From an uncultured Gammaproteobacteria bacterium (lineage in GTDB: Bacteria > Patescibacteriota > Microgenomatia > UBA12405), in assembly GCA_964558195.1 (NCBI GenBank), contig CAZLCB010000002.1:1-43524 (forward strand): DNA of 43,524 nucleotides, written 5' to 3'. Below, piece by piece: positions 24,894 to 33,839 of this stretch. The notes beneath the pieces were generated by a model, which saw only the letters and a program-made list of their open reading frames with translations, was not told the origin of the DNA and did not search any database. Position 1 is the first letter of the stretch. Each line of letters opens with the position of its first letter. A program made the position numbers and the translations under genes.

Positions 24894-25042
24894 TATCCTA
24901 TAATGGTTGACTGTTTTGAATTAATGAGGTAAAATCCGGCGTTGTACTTTAAAATAAATTTTCTGAGCAAGACTGAATTTCGAGTTGTCGGGATTGAGTT
25001 TTGCTCAGAAGAGCAAAAACGGATGAAAGGGGATTCTGGCCG

Positions 25043-25528
25043 ATGAAGGATCTGTTGGTTTCGAAGGTTTCAGTGGAAACGGTACTAGGAACTACGAGGT
25101 TGGTTATGTGGGCACCGACGGCAAGTGGTTGTTATGAGCCTGGTTTTGATTGCATTCAATGGACAGATGTTCAGCTTCAGAGAGAAACCTATTTGCAGAG
25201 GATTCCGCATACCACCTATGACTGTCACGAATCAATTGATCCAACTTGGCCGACCAAGGAAGTTGTTGCCGATGTTTTTGGCAGGCCGGGATGGAAAGGT
25301 GAACCGATTTATCGTCGGCTGGAGAAGCTGATGGAATCAGGAACTGATTTGTCTTTGTTGCTTCCCGGAAGCCGGAGGCATATGCCGATCTATTTTGCCA
25401 AAGGCAACAGATTGTTGGCTGTTTGGGATGGATCGACTGGAGCGATCTTGTTGGTTGAAGAACTGCCTGAAAGTTGCAAAAACTTTTATCAGGCAGCGTT
25501 CGCCAATACTCGGAGACAGGTTGCTTAA
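25043..25528 (+). CDS. hypothetical protein (GC-rich orphan unit)
   Basis: ATG 25043 follows AAGGGGA. About 48 percent GC by eye. Upstream promoter-like CCTATAAT, a 10-bp leader stem (24961-24970 with 25001-25010) and a downstream 10-bp stem (25544-25553 with 25579-25588). Confidence 0.5.
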   Translation: MKDLLVSKVSVETVLGTTRLVMWAPTASGCYEPGFDCIQWTDVQLQRETYLQRIPHTTYDCHESIDPTWPTKEVVADVFGRPGWKGEPIYRRLEKLMESGTDLSLLLPGSRRHMPIYFAKGNRLLAVWDGSTGAILLVEELPESCKNFYQAAFANTRRQVA

Positions 25529-25661
25529 TATAATTCCCTTGTTGGGTATGGTAAAAAATTGGATTAATTTCCATTTTGTACCATACCCATGTCCGTTAAA
25601 TGTTTATTGTTGAAAACAATACTGATGAGTTTTTCCTAAATTTAGGAATAAAACGAAACAT

Positions 25662-26585
25662 TTAGAACTGGCCGAGGAATTTTATTTCCGGTTCGAGAGC
25701 GATGCCTAATTTTTCTTGAGCTTGGGTTTGAATGAATTTAACTAATTTAAAATAATCGGCAGCAGTGGCATGACCTTTATTGATAATAAAGTTAGCATGA
25801 AGGGGACTGATTTGAGCATCACCAATAGAATAACCTTTGAGATTTAATTTTTGATCGATAATCATGCCAGATGAGTCTTGGTTTGGGTTATTTTTGAAAA
25901 CTGAACCCAGGGAATTCATTGATTGAACAGAAGATTTTCTTTGTAAAATACTTTGAAATTTTTGTTTGGCAGTAGCAGTATCACCAGAATTTAATTGCAA
26001 AATGGCAGAAATTATAAAATTATTAATTTTTTCAACAGAAATGACGAATTGGGAAAATAAATGTTTATCGTCACCGTGAATATTGCCGGCAATAGCACCG
26101 CCGACAGTGGAGGGAATGTAGGCAAATTCTTCCAGACCAACCAAGTTATTATCTAAAGTAAAATTAATGAGTTGGGGAAGCTGGACACCAGAAGCAACTT
26201 TTACTTGATTGTTGGGTAAAATTTCTATTTCGTTGGAATCATTTTTGATAACAATGCCGCGAAGGCCAGAATCGGAAATTAAAACATTGGAGCCATTTCC
26301 TATTATGGAAATTGAAAATTTGCCTCGTAACGAATTTTTCGAGGTGCTCGCACCATCGTAAAATCCACTCAGCGGCTTGCGCTCCTCAAAAATTGTTACT
26401 TCGGTGTTTTCATTTTTTAAAAAATTTAAAATTTTTTTAAATTCTTCTGATGATTTGGTGTGAATAAAAATATCGGCAGGACCGCCGATTTTGACGGTGG
26501 TGTAAGGGGCAAGGGTGTGATTTTGGTAGATTTCGGAGTTGGGGAAATTAGATTTAAGGTTAGAGTAAAGTTTATCGATATTCAT
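25662..26585 (-). CDS. murB: UDP-N-acetylenolpyruvoylglucosamine reductase
   Basis: Motifs HTLAPYTTVKIGGPAD, IIGNGSNVLISDSGLRG, IPSTVGGAI, and the C-terminal GDAQISPLHANFIIN. It contains an extra in-frame segment at 26333-26394. Confidence 0.88.
   Translation of the reverse strand: MNIDKLYSNLKSNFPNSEIYQNHTLAPYTTVKIGGPADIFIHTKSSEEFKKILNFLKNENTEVTIFEERKPLSGFYDGASTSKNSLRGKFSISIIGNGSNVLISDSGLRGIVIKNDSNEIEILPNNQVKVASGVQLPQLINFTLDNNLVGLEEFAYIPSTVGGAIAGNIHGDDKHLFSQFVISVEKINNFIISAILQLNSGDTATAKQKFQSILQRKSSVQSMNSLGSVFKNNPNQDSSGMIIDQKLNLKGYSIGDAQISPLHANFIINKGHATAADYFKLVKFIQTQAQEKLGIALEPEIKFLGQF
26333..26394 (+). repeat. about 62-nt hairpin element (family M), copy inside murB
   Basis: Terminal inverted repeat AATTTTTCGAGG/CCTCAAAAATT. 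The core ACCATCGTAAAATCCACTCAG matches 12472-12535. Confidence 0.75.
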
Positions 26586-26607
26586 AAGGGAATTATAACA
26601 AAGAGGG

Positions 26608-26631
26608 AGGGGCGTATTGCCATACGCCCCT
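26608..26631. repeat. REP-like palindrome copy AGGGGCGTAT TGCC ATACGCCCCT
   Basis: 10-bp perfect stem matching the 6624-6651 palindrome. It lies 23 nt upstream of the murB start. Confidence 0.85.
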
Positions 26632-26794
26632 ACAAAAAGGGGAAATTGAACCTAAATTATATCTTATATAATAAATAATTTTAGATAGTAAAAAAATATG
26701 GGTTGTGAATGTGGAAAAGTGGAGAAAAATTGAAACGACCTATAATTTTTTGAGGAAGTTTTTGGTATAATTAGGGATATTTTTTAAAGAAAAA

Positions 26795-27376
26795 ATGAGA
26801 GAAATTTGGAAACCTGATAAAAAGGAAAAACGGATTTTTAGACCAGATAAGGGTAAGTTGATGCTTCAAGATTTTTATGAACATAATGACAGGATTGAAT
26901 TCGATGTTTTGTCTGGTTCGGTTTTGATGTTTTTTGAAGAAGTTGGTGAACCAGGTGAAAGCTGGAAAACAGTTAGTTTGGCTAGAGTTGTTTTGAATAA
27001 AAATCCGGATAATTTATTTAATTCTGGCCTTTTAGATGTCAGGTCAGATGTGGCAAGTTATTACGATAACAGAACGAGTTCTGAGGTTATTTCGGAAGAG
27101 GATATGTCATTGGTAATTTATCGTGATGTAACTGAACTATCTTTGAACCGTTTTTTGTATGGTATGGCGAGGCATTTTAAGTGGAAAAGGGATTTTACAA
27201 ACGGAAATGAGATTGCGAGGAAAGAGATGGGTGAATGGTATTCGTTGGTTAAAGGTTTAGAAGGGCTTTTACCAGAGGAAAAAATAAGGATTAGTCAAGT
27301 GTATAGGAGAATTATGAGAACTTGGAATGATGTTGATCTATGGGAGCGGATTAACAGTGCAGGAAAGAAAAACTAG
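26795..27376 (+). CDS. hypothetical protein
   Basis: 193-aa ORF preceded by the extended -10 TGGTATAAT (26764-26772). No family recognised. Confidence 0.5.
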   Translation: MREIWKPDKKEKRIFRPDKGKLMLQDFYEHNDRIEFDVLSGSVLMFFEEVGEPGESWKTVSLARVVLNKNPDNLFNSGLLDVRSDVASYYDNRTSSEVISEEDMSLVIYRDVTELSLNRFLYGMARHFKWKRDFTNGNEIARKEMGEWYSLVKGLEGLLPEEKIRISQVYRRIMRTWNDVDLWERINSAGKKN

Positions 27377-27407
27377 GAATAGATTTATATTGTGATATTC
27401 TGGTTTT

Positions 27408-27899
27408 ATGAAAGGTAAAGTTTTAGGAATTGATCCGGGTTTGGCTAATACTGGTTGGGCAGTGCTGGAACCGGTAGATAGTAATCCAGAATATAAATTG
27501 ATTGAATGCGGTTGTTTAGTAACTAAAATAACCAGTAGTTCGGCGAAAAGATTGAATATGATTTATGAAGAATTGGAAGGGTTAATTAAAAAATATCAAG
27601 TGAAAGCAGTGGCTTTTGAGTCGTTATTTTTTGCTAAAAATGCCAAGTCGGCATTGAAAGTGGCAGAAGCTATTGGGGTAATAAAAATTTGTGGTGAGAG
27701 AAATATAATTGAAGTGGCAGAATTTACACCATTACAAGTAAAAATGGCTTTGGTGGGTTACGGTCGGGCGGAAAAAGGTCAGGTAGAAGAGATGGTAAGA
27801 AGATTTTTGTGTTTGAAAGAAAATATTTCACCGTCTCATGCTTCGGATGCAGTGGCGGTGGGGTTGACGTATTTATTTACTAATAAGAGTTTGATATAA
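27408..27899 (+). CDS. ruvC: crossover junction endodeoxyribonuclease RuvC
   Basis: VLGIDPGLANTGWAVLE and the downstream ESLFF and HASDAVAVGL catalytic acidic motifs. Confidence 0.92.
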   Translation: MKGKVLGIDPGLANTGWAVLEPVDSNPEYKLIECGCLVTKITSSSAKRLNMIYEELEGLIKKYQVKAVAFESLFFAKNAKSALKVAEAIGVIKICGERNIIEVAEFTPLQVKMALVGYGRAEKGQVEEMVRRFLCLKENISPSHASDAVAVGLTYLFTNKSLI

Positions 27900-27924
27900 A
27901 AATTAATATATTAGATACTATAAA

Positions 27925-28695
27925 ATGGAAAGCGGAGCCGAGATAAAAATTAATCAGCCAGAAGTGAAGTCGGTTGAGGAAAAGATAAAGGACAGATTTT
28001 CTCAAACAAAACCCGATAGGTTAGTAGAATATTTAACCGGATTGAGATTAGGTGACCCTAAATTATTAGATAGACTAGAGGAAGATCAAGAAATAGTTAG
28101 AGCTAAATACGGATTGAGAAATAGAAATTTTAATTTATCAAATCCAAGTGATTATGAAAGTTATCTGAGAGAATTAGCACAAGTAAATGGTGTTTCTATT
28201 AGACCAACAAGTGATTGTGGTCAGGTCATTCGCGAAAATATGGATGATAATAGGAGTGTTTTTATTGAGAATGATAGCGTAATTGGGAATAATATCGATA
28301 AATCTACAAGAGAAGAATACTTGGGAAGTTTGATAAATCTTGAGCATGAAGTGATACATTCTTTACAGTATAAGTTAACTCCAGATATGCCAATAGAAGT
28401 TTGTGAATATGAGGCTTATATCGCTAATTGGGCAATTAATTATTTAAGAAAAAACCCTACAGTTGTTGAGTATATGTTTAGTTGTGGAATAGACAGATCG
28501 GTTAATGATTGGTATAGAGAGCAAAGTGAAAAATTTGGTGAAATTGTTCGACCGAGCTGGGATAGTCCGGAATATTTTTTACTAAATGTGGATGGAGTGA
28601 GTCAAGAACAGATTGACGAATACAAGGCTAGACAAGTTGATAAAGGCAGTAAGGATTTGGTAATAAGTCAAGCTTTGGATAATGTTCGGGTTTAG
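27925..28695 (+). CDS. hypothetical protein with HExxH motif
   Basis: LEHEVIHSLQ is the only recognisable motif. The gene is inserted between ruvC and ruvA. Confidence 0.5.
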   Translation: MESGAEIKINQPEVKSVEEKIKDRFSQTKPDRLVEYLTGLRLGDPKLLDRLEEDQEIVRAKYGLRNRNFNLSNPSDYESYLRELAQVNGVSIRPTSDCGQVIRENMDDNRSVFIENDSVIGNNIDKSTREEYLGSLINLEHEVIHSLQYKLTPDMPIEVCEYEAYIANWAINYLRKNPTVVEYMFSCGIDRSVNDWYREQSEKFGEIVRPSWDSPEYFLLNVDGVSQEQIDEYKARQVDKGSKDLVISQALDNVRV

Positions 28696-28709
28696 TGTAA
28701 AATGGGTTT

Positions 28710-29282
28710 ATGATTTCGAGTTTGACGGGAAAAATAAATAGGATTTGGGGAAATAATTGTGAAATAGAAGTTGGAGGAGTAGGATATCTGCTTTTTGTAG
28801 GAAAGAATTTTTTGAAAAAACATAATGTGGGTGAAGAGTTGACAGTGGCAACATATATGGCGGTGTCGGAAAATGATATTAATTTGTTTGGATTTGAAAA
28901 TTGGGACGAAGTAGATTTATTTAAAATGTTAATTTCAGTATCAGGAGTGGGACCAAAAACAGCTGCAGGAATTTTGGGAGAGACTGAAAGTTTAGCCATT
29001 ATTAAGGCAATTGGAAATGCTGATGTGAGGTTTTTTGAGAAGATTAAAGGAATAGGTAAGAAAACTGCCCAAAGAATTATTATTGATTTGAAATCAAAGA
29101 TTGGGGGTTTAGGGGAGTTGGATTTAACAAAAGATGAAAAAATGGTTGATGATGATTTGGTAATGAGCTTAAAACAATTGGGATTTGATAAAAAAGAAAT
29201 TGATAAAGTGACGAATAAATTACCAAAAGAATTGGAAACAACGGAAGAGAAATTAAGTTGGTGTTTACAAAATTTAAGTTAA
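28710..29282 (+). CDS. ruvA: Holliday junction branch migration complex subunit RuvA
   Basis: N-terminal OB-like segment (I..L.G.I...) and HhH motifs (VSGVGPKTAAGIL, IKGIGKKTAQRIIIDLK). Confidence 0.9.
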   Translation: MISSLTGKINRIWGNNCEIEVGGVGYLLFVGKNFLKKHNVGEELTVATYMAVSENDINLFGFENWDEVDLFKMLISVSGVGPKTAAGILGETESLAIIKAIGNADVRFFEKIKGIGKKTAQRIIIDLKSKIGGLGELDLTKDEKMVDDDLVMSLKQLGFDKKEIDKVTNKLPKELETTEEKLSWCLQNLS

Positions 29283-29308
29283 AAGTAGAAAGTATAAAGT
29301 TGAAAGTT

Positions 29309-30271
29309 ATGAAAGATAAAAAAATTTTAGATCAGAAAGCGGAAGTGGAGGAGAAAATTGTTGAGAAAAAATTGCGACCACAGAAGTTGAATGAATTTAT
29401 TGGTCAGGAAAAATTGAAAGAACAATTGGATATTTTTTTGAAGGCGGCTAAAGCTCGAGAGGAGACTTTGGATCATATTTTGTTTTATGGTCCACCAGGT
29501 CTAGGAAAGACAACTTTGGCCTGTTTAATGGCTCGAGAAATGAATTCTAATATCAAGATGACCTCTGGACCAGCGTTGACACGAGCAGGGGATTTAGCCT
29601 CTATTTTGACTGGTTTAAAGAAGGGAGATTTTTTATTTATCGACGAAATTCATCGATTAAACAAATTAGTAGAAGAGATGCTTTATTCGGCAATGGAAGA
29701 TTTTGCTTTGGATATTGTGTTAGGTAAGGGACCGGCAGCAAAAACAGTGAGACTTAATTTGCAAAAATTTACACTGGTAGGAGCAACAACTAGAATTGGT
29801 TTAATTTCCGGACCAATGAGAGATAGATTTGGTTATGTCCAACAATTGGATTTTTATGAAGATACGGATTTAAAGGAAATTGTGGAACGAACCAGTGAAG
29901 TGTTGGGAGTAAAAATAGAACCAGAGGCGGCCGAATCAATTTCTAAAAGATCGCGGGGAACGCCAAGAATTGCTAATAGATTATTACGACGAGTGAGGGA
30001 TTATGCCCAGGTAAAAAATGATGGATTGATAACTTTGAAAGAAGTGAATGATTCTTTAAAAATGCTTGGGGTGGATAATTTAGGATTGTCTGATGCAGAT
30101 AGACGGTATTTAGATGTGGTCAAAAGACAGTATGGTGGTGGTCCAGTGGGGGTAGAGAATATCGCCGCCAGCTTATCGGAAGACGTGGGAACGATTACTG
30201 AAGTTTATGAACCGTTTTTAATGAAGAAAGGATTAATTAAAAGGACACCGAAAGGGAGGGTTAGTTTGTGA
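29309..30271 (+). CDS. ruvB: Holliday junction branch migration DNA helicase RuvB
   Basis: LRPQKLNEFIGQE, Walker A GPPGLGKTTLA, Walker B LFIDEIHRL, GATTR, RGTPRIANRLLRR. ATG 29309 is preferred over the upstream TTG, which reads through a heptamer block. Confidence 0.95.
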   Translation: MKDKKILDQKAEVEEKIVEKKLRPQKLNEFIGQEKLKEQLDIFLKAAKAREETLDHILFYGPPGLGKTTLACLMAREMNSNIKMTSGPALTRAGDLASILTGLKKGDFLFIDEIHRLNKLVEEMLYSAMEDFALDIVLGKGPAAKTVRLNLQKFTLVGATTRIGLISGPMRDRFGYVQQLDFYEDTDLKEIVERTSEVLGVKIEPEAAESISKRSRGTPRIANRLLRRVRDYAQVKNDGLITLKEVNDSLKMLGVDNLGLSDADRRYLDVVKRQYGGGPVGVENIAASLSEDVGTITEVYEPFLMKKGLIKRTPKGRVSL

Positions 30272-30459
30272 AGGAAAATGGAGGGAAAATAATTGATTTT
30301 GAAACGGCTAGAAAAAGTATTCAGATTAGAAAATGGGAAAAATTTTTTAAAACTCCCGAAGGTAAGGATTATATGAGATTAGTTGAGGATAGAGTAGAGA
30401 GAATTGATGACCCTGAAGTACCGTCTATTTATAAAATAAGTAAATTAAAGGGAAAGTAG
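30268..30459 (+). CDS. small hypothetical protein
   Basis: 63-aa ORF whose GTG start overlaps the ruvB stop (GTGA). Confidence 0.35.
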   Translation: MKENGGKIIDFETARKSIQIRKWEKFFKTPEGKDYMRLVEDRVERIDDPEVPSIYKISKLKGK

Positions 30460-30476
30460 TTTTTTGTTTTAACAAT

Positions 30477-30505
30477 TTGACAAAATTATTTTGATTGGGT
30501 ATATT
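30477..30505 (+). promoter_or_regulatory. sigma70-like promoter: TTGACA, 17 nt, TATATT
   Basis: Hexamers read directly. The -10 box ends 8 nt before ATG 30514. Confidence 0.55.
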
Positions 30506-30513
30506 TGGGATAG

Positions 30514-30720
30514 ATGACTGAAGCAGTAGGTCAATATAATGAAAAGTTTATGTTGAATTCTTTAGGAGTGACGGTGTTGGATAAGGCGATTTTACAAGAA
30601 GAAGCAAAGAAAAATCTTTTAAGGGTTCCAAAGTTAGGAGACGAAATGAATGATAAGGATTCTGATGATGTCGAGTTGTTGGATTTACCAGGAATAAGGC
30701 AAATATCTGAAATGAGATAG
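30514..30720 (+). CDS. small hypothetical acidic protein
   Basis: 68-aa ORF directly after a near-consensus promoter. Confidence 0.4.
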   Translation: MTEAVGQYNEKFMLNSLGVTVLDKAILQEEAKKNLLRVPKLGDEMNDKDSDDVELLDLPGIRQISEMR

Positions 30721-30745
30721 TAGGAATAAATGGGCAGGTTTTGAT

Positions 30746-31000
30746 TTATTCGGCTTGGATTCCCAATAGCCAGAGAACAGCCTCTTTGCGGTAGCGGCGA
30801 TCACCACGAGCATTGATACGGATAGCCGGAAGTTTACCCCGTTTACCCCAGCGTTTGATGGTGAGTTTGCTGACACGAAGAAGATCGGCGACTTCGGCGA
30901 CGGTCAAAAGATCAGGCAAGTTGTCGATAGAGACGCCATTGATTTTTTTGGGCGATGATTGTTTCACAAGTTTGTCTTGTGATTCAGTTTGAATATCCAT
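30746..31000 (-). CDS. excisionase-family/MerR-like helix-turn-helix DNA-binding protein (GC-rich orphan unit)
   Basis: LLTVAEVADLLRVSKLTIKRWGKRGKLPAIRINARGDRRYRKEAV matches the excisionase-type HTH pattern. GAGGAG SD 7 nt upstream. Leader hairpin TTAACTG TATT CAGTTAA (31031-31048). Confidence 0.7.
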   Translation of the reverse strand: MDIQTESQDKLVKQSSPKKINGVSIDNLPDLLTVAEVADLLRVSKLTIKRWGKRGKLPAIRINARGDRRYRKEAVLWLLGIQAE

Positions 31001-31161
31001 TTGGTGGCTCCTCTTGTATCAAAATAATGGTTAACTGTATTCAGTTAATCACATTGGATATTAGTGTGTCAATGAGATGAAAAACTAGGTTAATAAATTT
31101 GGCCAATTTGTGTTGGGAAACTAAATTTTTGGAATTATTATTTTTGTGACATAATGAATGT

Positions 31162-32175
31162 ATGATTAAATCTGACCAAAATAAGAAAGATTTTAAAATT
31201 GCTTTTTTTGGAGTGAAGAGTTGGGAAAAAGAAATTATTGAAAGAGAAATTAGTAGATTAGATACATTTGGAGTAGGTATATTTAAAGAAGAGGTTCAAG
31301 ACAATTTAGAATTGGCAGCTAAATATGACATCATTTCTCCGTTTATTTATTCGCAGTTTGATGAAAAGACTTTAGAAAAATTGCCGAATCTAAAAATGGT
31401 GGCAACTAGGTCGACGGGGATGGATCATATAGATTGTAATCGGTGTAAAAAAAATGGAGTGATAGTGGCCAACGTGCCAGTGTATGGATCGAACACGGTG
31501 GCGGAATATGCTTTTGCTTTGTTGTTGGCAGTGAGTCGAAAAATTGTGGTAGCTCATCAATCAGTAGAGGAGGGTGAGTTTAACCCCGAGGGTTTGACTG
31601 GGGTAGATTTGTATGGAAAAACATTGGGTGTAATTGGTTGTGGAAAGATAGGACAAAATGTAATCAAGATCGCCAGAGGCTTTGGAATGAAAGTTTTAGG
31701 GGTGGATGGATACCTGGACCCAAAATTAGAAAAAACAAGTGGTTTTAAATATGTCGATTTGGAGACATGTTTGAAAAATGCCGACTTTGTAACTTTACAT
31801 GTACCGGCGATTCCAGAAACTCATCATATGATTAATAAGAAAAATATTAAATTAATGAAACGGGGGAGTTTTTTAATTAATACAGCTCGAGGAGCAGTAG
31901 TAGAAACTGAGGCAATAGTGTGGGCGTTGAATAATAAGATTTTGGCGGGAGCTGGCTTGGACGTAACTGAGGAAGAAATGATGGTAGAAAGTATGAGTGT
32001 AGTAATGAGTAAAAAAATTACTAAGGATAATTTGCAGGATATTTTGAGTTTCCATATGTTAAGAGACAGGGATGATGTGGTATTTACGCCACATAATGCT
32101 TTTAATACTAAAGAGGCGATAGAAAGAATAGTAAAAACGACTGTAGAAAATATAAAAACTTTTATAGATAAGTAA
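31162..32175 (+). CDS. D-isomer specific 2-hydroxyacid dehydrogenase (D-lactate/phosphoglycerate dehydrogenase-like)
   Basis: NAD-binding GVIGCGKIGQNVIKIARGFGMKV, catalytic region INTARG..V, and FTPHNAF. Confidence 0.85.
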   Translation: MIKSDQNKKDFKIAFFGVKSWEKEIIEREISRLDTFGVGIFKEEVQDNLELAAKYDIISPFIYSQFDEKTLEKLPNLKMVATRSTGMDHIDCNRCKKNGVIVANVPVYGSNTVAEYAFALLLAVSRKIVVAHQSVEEGEFNPEGLTGVDLYGKTLGVIGCGKIGQNVIKIARGFGMKVLGVDGYLDPKLEKTSGFKYVDLETCLKNADFVTLHVPAIPETHHMINKKNIKLMKRGSFLINTARGAVVETEAIVWALNNKILAGAGLDVTEEEMMVESMSVVMSKKITKDNLQDILSFHMLRDRDDVVFTPHNAFNTKEAIERIVKTTVENIKTFIDK

Positions 32176-32211
32176 GTTGGTATAATAAATTAAATTAGAA
32201 GTTACATAAAT

Positions 32212-33267
32212 ATGAAAGCAGTAATAATTTGTGGTGGTATAGGTTCAAAAATGTGGCCAATGAGCAGGAGCTCTATGCCTAAACATTTTTTGCCATTAAT
32301 TGGAAATAAATCGTTGTTTGAGTTGAACTATGAGGCTTTAAGAAAGAAATTTAGTCCGGAGGAAATATTTTTACAAACAAATGAAGTTCAAGCCAAAATT
32401 GCCAAGAATTTAAAACCAGAAATTCCAGAGGAAAATATTTTTGTGGAACCAGAAATGAGAAATCAGGGTCCAGCTACCGGGTTTGCGGCGGCTCAATTGA
32501 TCAAGAGAGGTTTTGGTGATGAACCATTTATTTTGGTTCAAGCTGATGTATTACGAGAACCGGATGAAAAATTTTTGCAAATGATTGATGAGGCAGGAAA
32601 ATTAGCTGGTGAGACCGGTAAATATTTGACTGGTGGTTTTGTGCCAAATATGGTGGTGGCTGGGGTTGATTATTTGGTTAAAGGTAATTTGGTGTCGGAA
32701 GAAAATGGAGTCAAAATTTATGAAGTAGCCGACTATATCGACAGAACTGAAGAAGAAAAAATCAATCAATATTTGGGAACAGATAAGTTGTTACTCCATG
32801 CCAACCATACAACCATGACACCAAATAAGTTATTGGAAATGTATAAAAAATACAAGCCGGAGTGGTATCAACCGTTGGTAAATATTTCTCAAAACGGTGA
32901 TGTGATTGAAAATTATGTAGCTATGCCAAAGGGAGCAATTGAAGAAGTAACTAAAATTGTGTACAAAAATAATGAGGCGTTGGTAGTAGAATTACCGTTT
33001 AATTGGGTAGATTTTGGAACTTGGGAATCGGTAGCTAATTATATGAAGGAAAAAAATATGTATGAGGCGACTGATGTATTTGAGGCAGATTCCCATGGTA
33101 ATTTTGTTTATCGAAGCGATAAAAAATATGTGGCATTAATTGGAGTAGAGGATTTGGTAGTGGTAGATACTAAAGACGGTTTATTGATAACTCGAAAAAG
33201 TTTGACAGGAAAAGTCGGTCAAGTGGTGGACAAATTAAAGGAAGAAGGACGAAATGAGTTACTCTAA
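32212..33267 (+). CDS. mannose-1-phosphate guanylyltransferase-like nucleotidyltransferase
   Basis: The N-terminus MKAVIICGGIGSKMWPMSRSSMPKHFLPL is typical of ManC/CpsB-type NTP transferases. Confidence 0.8.
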   Translation: MKAVIICGGIGSKMWPMSRSSMPKHFLPLIGNKSLFELNYEALRKKFSPEEIFLQTNEVQAKIAKNLKPEIPEENIFVEPEMRNQGPATGFAAAQLIKRGFGDEPFILVQADVLREPDEKFLQMIDEAGKLAGETGKYLTGGFVPNMVVAGVDYLVKGNLVSEENGVKIYEVADYIDRTEEEKINQYLGTDKLLLHANHTTMTPNKLLEMYKKYKPEWYQPLVNISQNGDVIENYVAMPKGAIEEVTKIVYKNNEALVVELPFNWVDFGTWESVANYMKEKNMYEATDVFEADSHGNFVYRSDKKYVALIGVEDLVVVDTKDGLLITRKSLTGKVGQVVDKLKEEGRNELL

Positions 33268-33751
33268 AAAACCAAAAACTGATGAGTATTACATTAAAAA
33301 ATGTATTGCTCTAGCAGAAAAGTCAGTAAAAAACGGCGAGGCGCCGTTTGGGAGTTTGATTGTGAGGAATGGCAAAATAATTGTGGCCGTGACTAATGCC
33401 AATGAGAAAAATCATGATGTCACCAGTCATGCTGAAATTATGGCCATGAGAAAAGCCCAGAAAAAACTAAAGACTAAAGATTTGGCAGATTGTGAAATTT
33501 ATTCTAATTGTGAACCGTGTCCGATGTGTTCGTTTATGATGAGAGAATTACACTTTAAAAAAGTGGTTTATGGGGTGAAATCACCAAATATGGGAGGTCA
33601 TAATAAATGGAATATTTTACAAGATAAAGATTTGTCTAAAATTAAGCCATTTTTTAGTGATGAACCAGAAGTGGTTGGAGGAGTGTTAGAAAAAGAGTGT
33701 AAAGAAACCTATACCAAAATTGGTTGGGGTGATTTTTTGGAGAAAAAATAA
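33254..33751 (+). CDS. CMP/dCMP-type zinc deaminase (TadA/guanine deaminase-like)
   Basis: HAEIMA and CEPCPMC zinc-binding motifs. Overlaps the upstream gene by 14 nt. Confidence 0.8.
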   Translation: MSYSKKPKTDEYYIKKCIALAEKSVKNGEAPFGSLIVRNGKIIVAVTNANEKNHDVTSHAEIMAMRKAQKKLKTKDLADCEIYSNCEPCPMCSFMMRELHFKKVVYGVKSPNMGGHNKWNILQDKDLSKIKPFFSDEPEVVGGVLEKECKETYTKIGWGDFLEKK

Positions 33752-33839
33752 AATTATTTGGAGTGGTGGATTGGAAGTGTTTTGATTTTGGTAGCAGCAG
33801 TGTTGCCGAATATAAAAATTAAAATATAATACAACCAAT

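Noticed and set aside
25104-25574. 156-aa minus-strand ORF antisense to 25043-25528
   Set aside because: It has no SD or promoter, and it runs through the terminator hairpin of the plus-strand gene. High-GC regions commonly produce such shadow ORFs.
26636-26652. GGGGAAATTGAACCT resembling the T-arm of tRNA-Arg (GGGGGAATTGAACCT on the plus strand at about 20425-20439), as a possible att duplication
   Set aside because: It is only about 15 nt. It lies on the 5' side of the tRNA rather than beyond its 3' end, and no integrase or island-like content lies between the two sites.
26460-26678. 72-aa plus-strand ORF upstream of and overlapping the murB start
   Set aside because: It is antisense to murB for most of its length. 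The remainder is simply the translation of the REP-like palindrome (GRIAIRPY), so it is a repeat-reading artefact.
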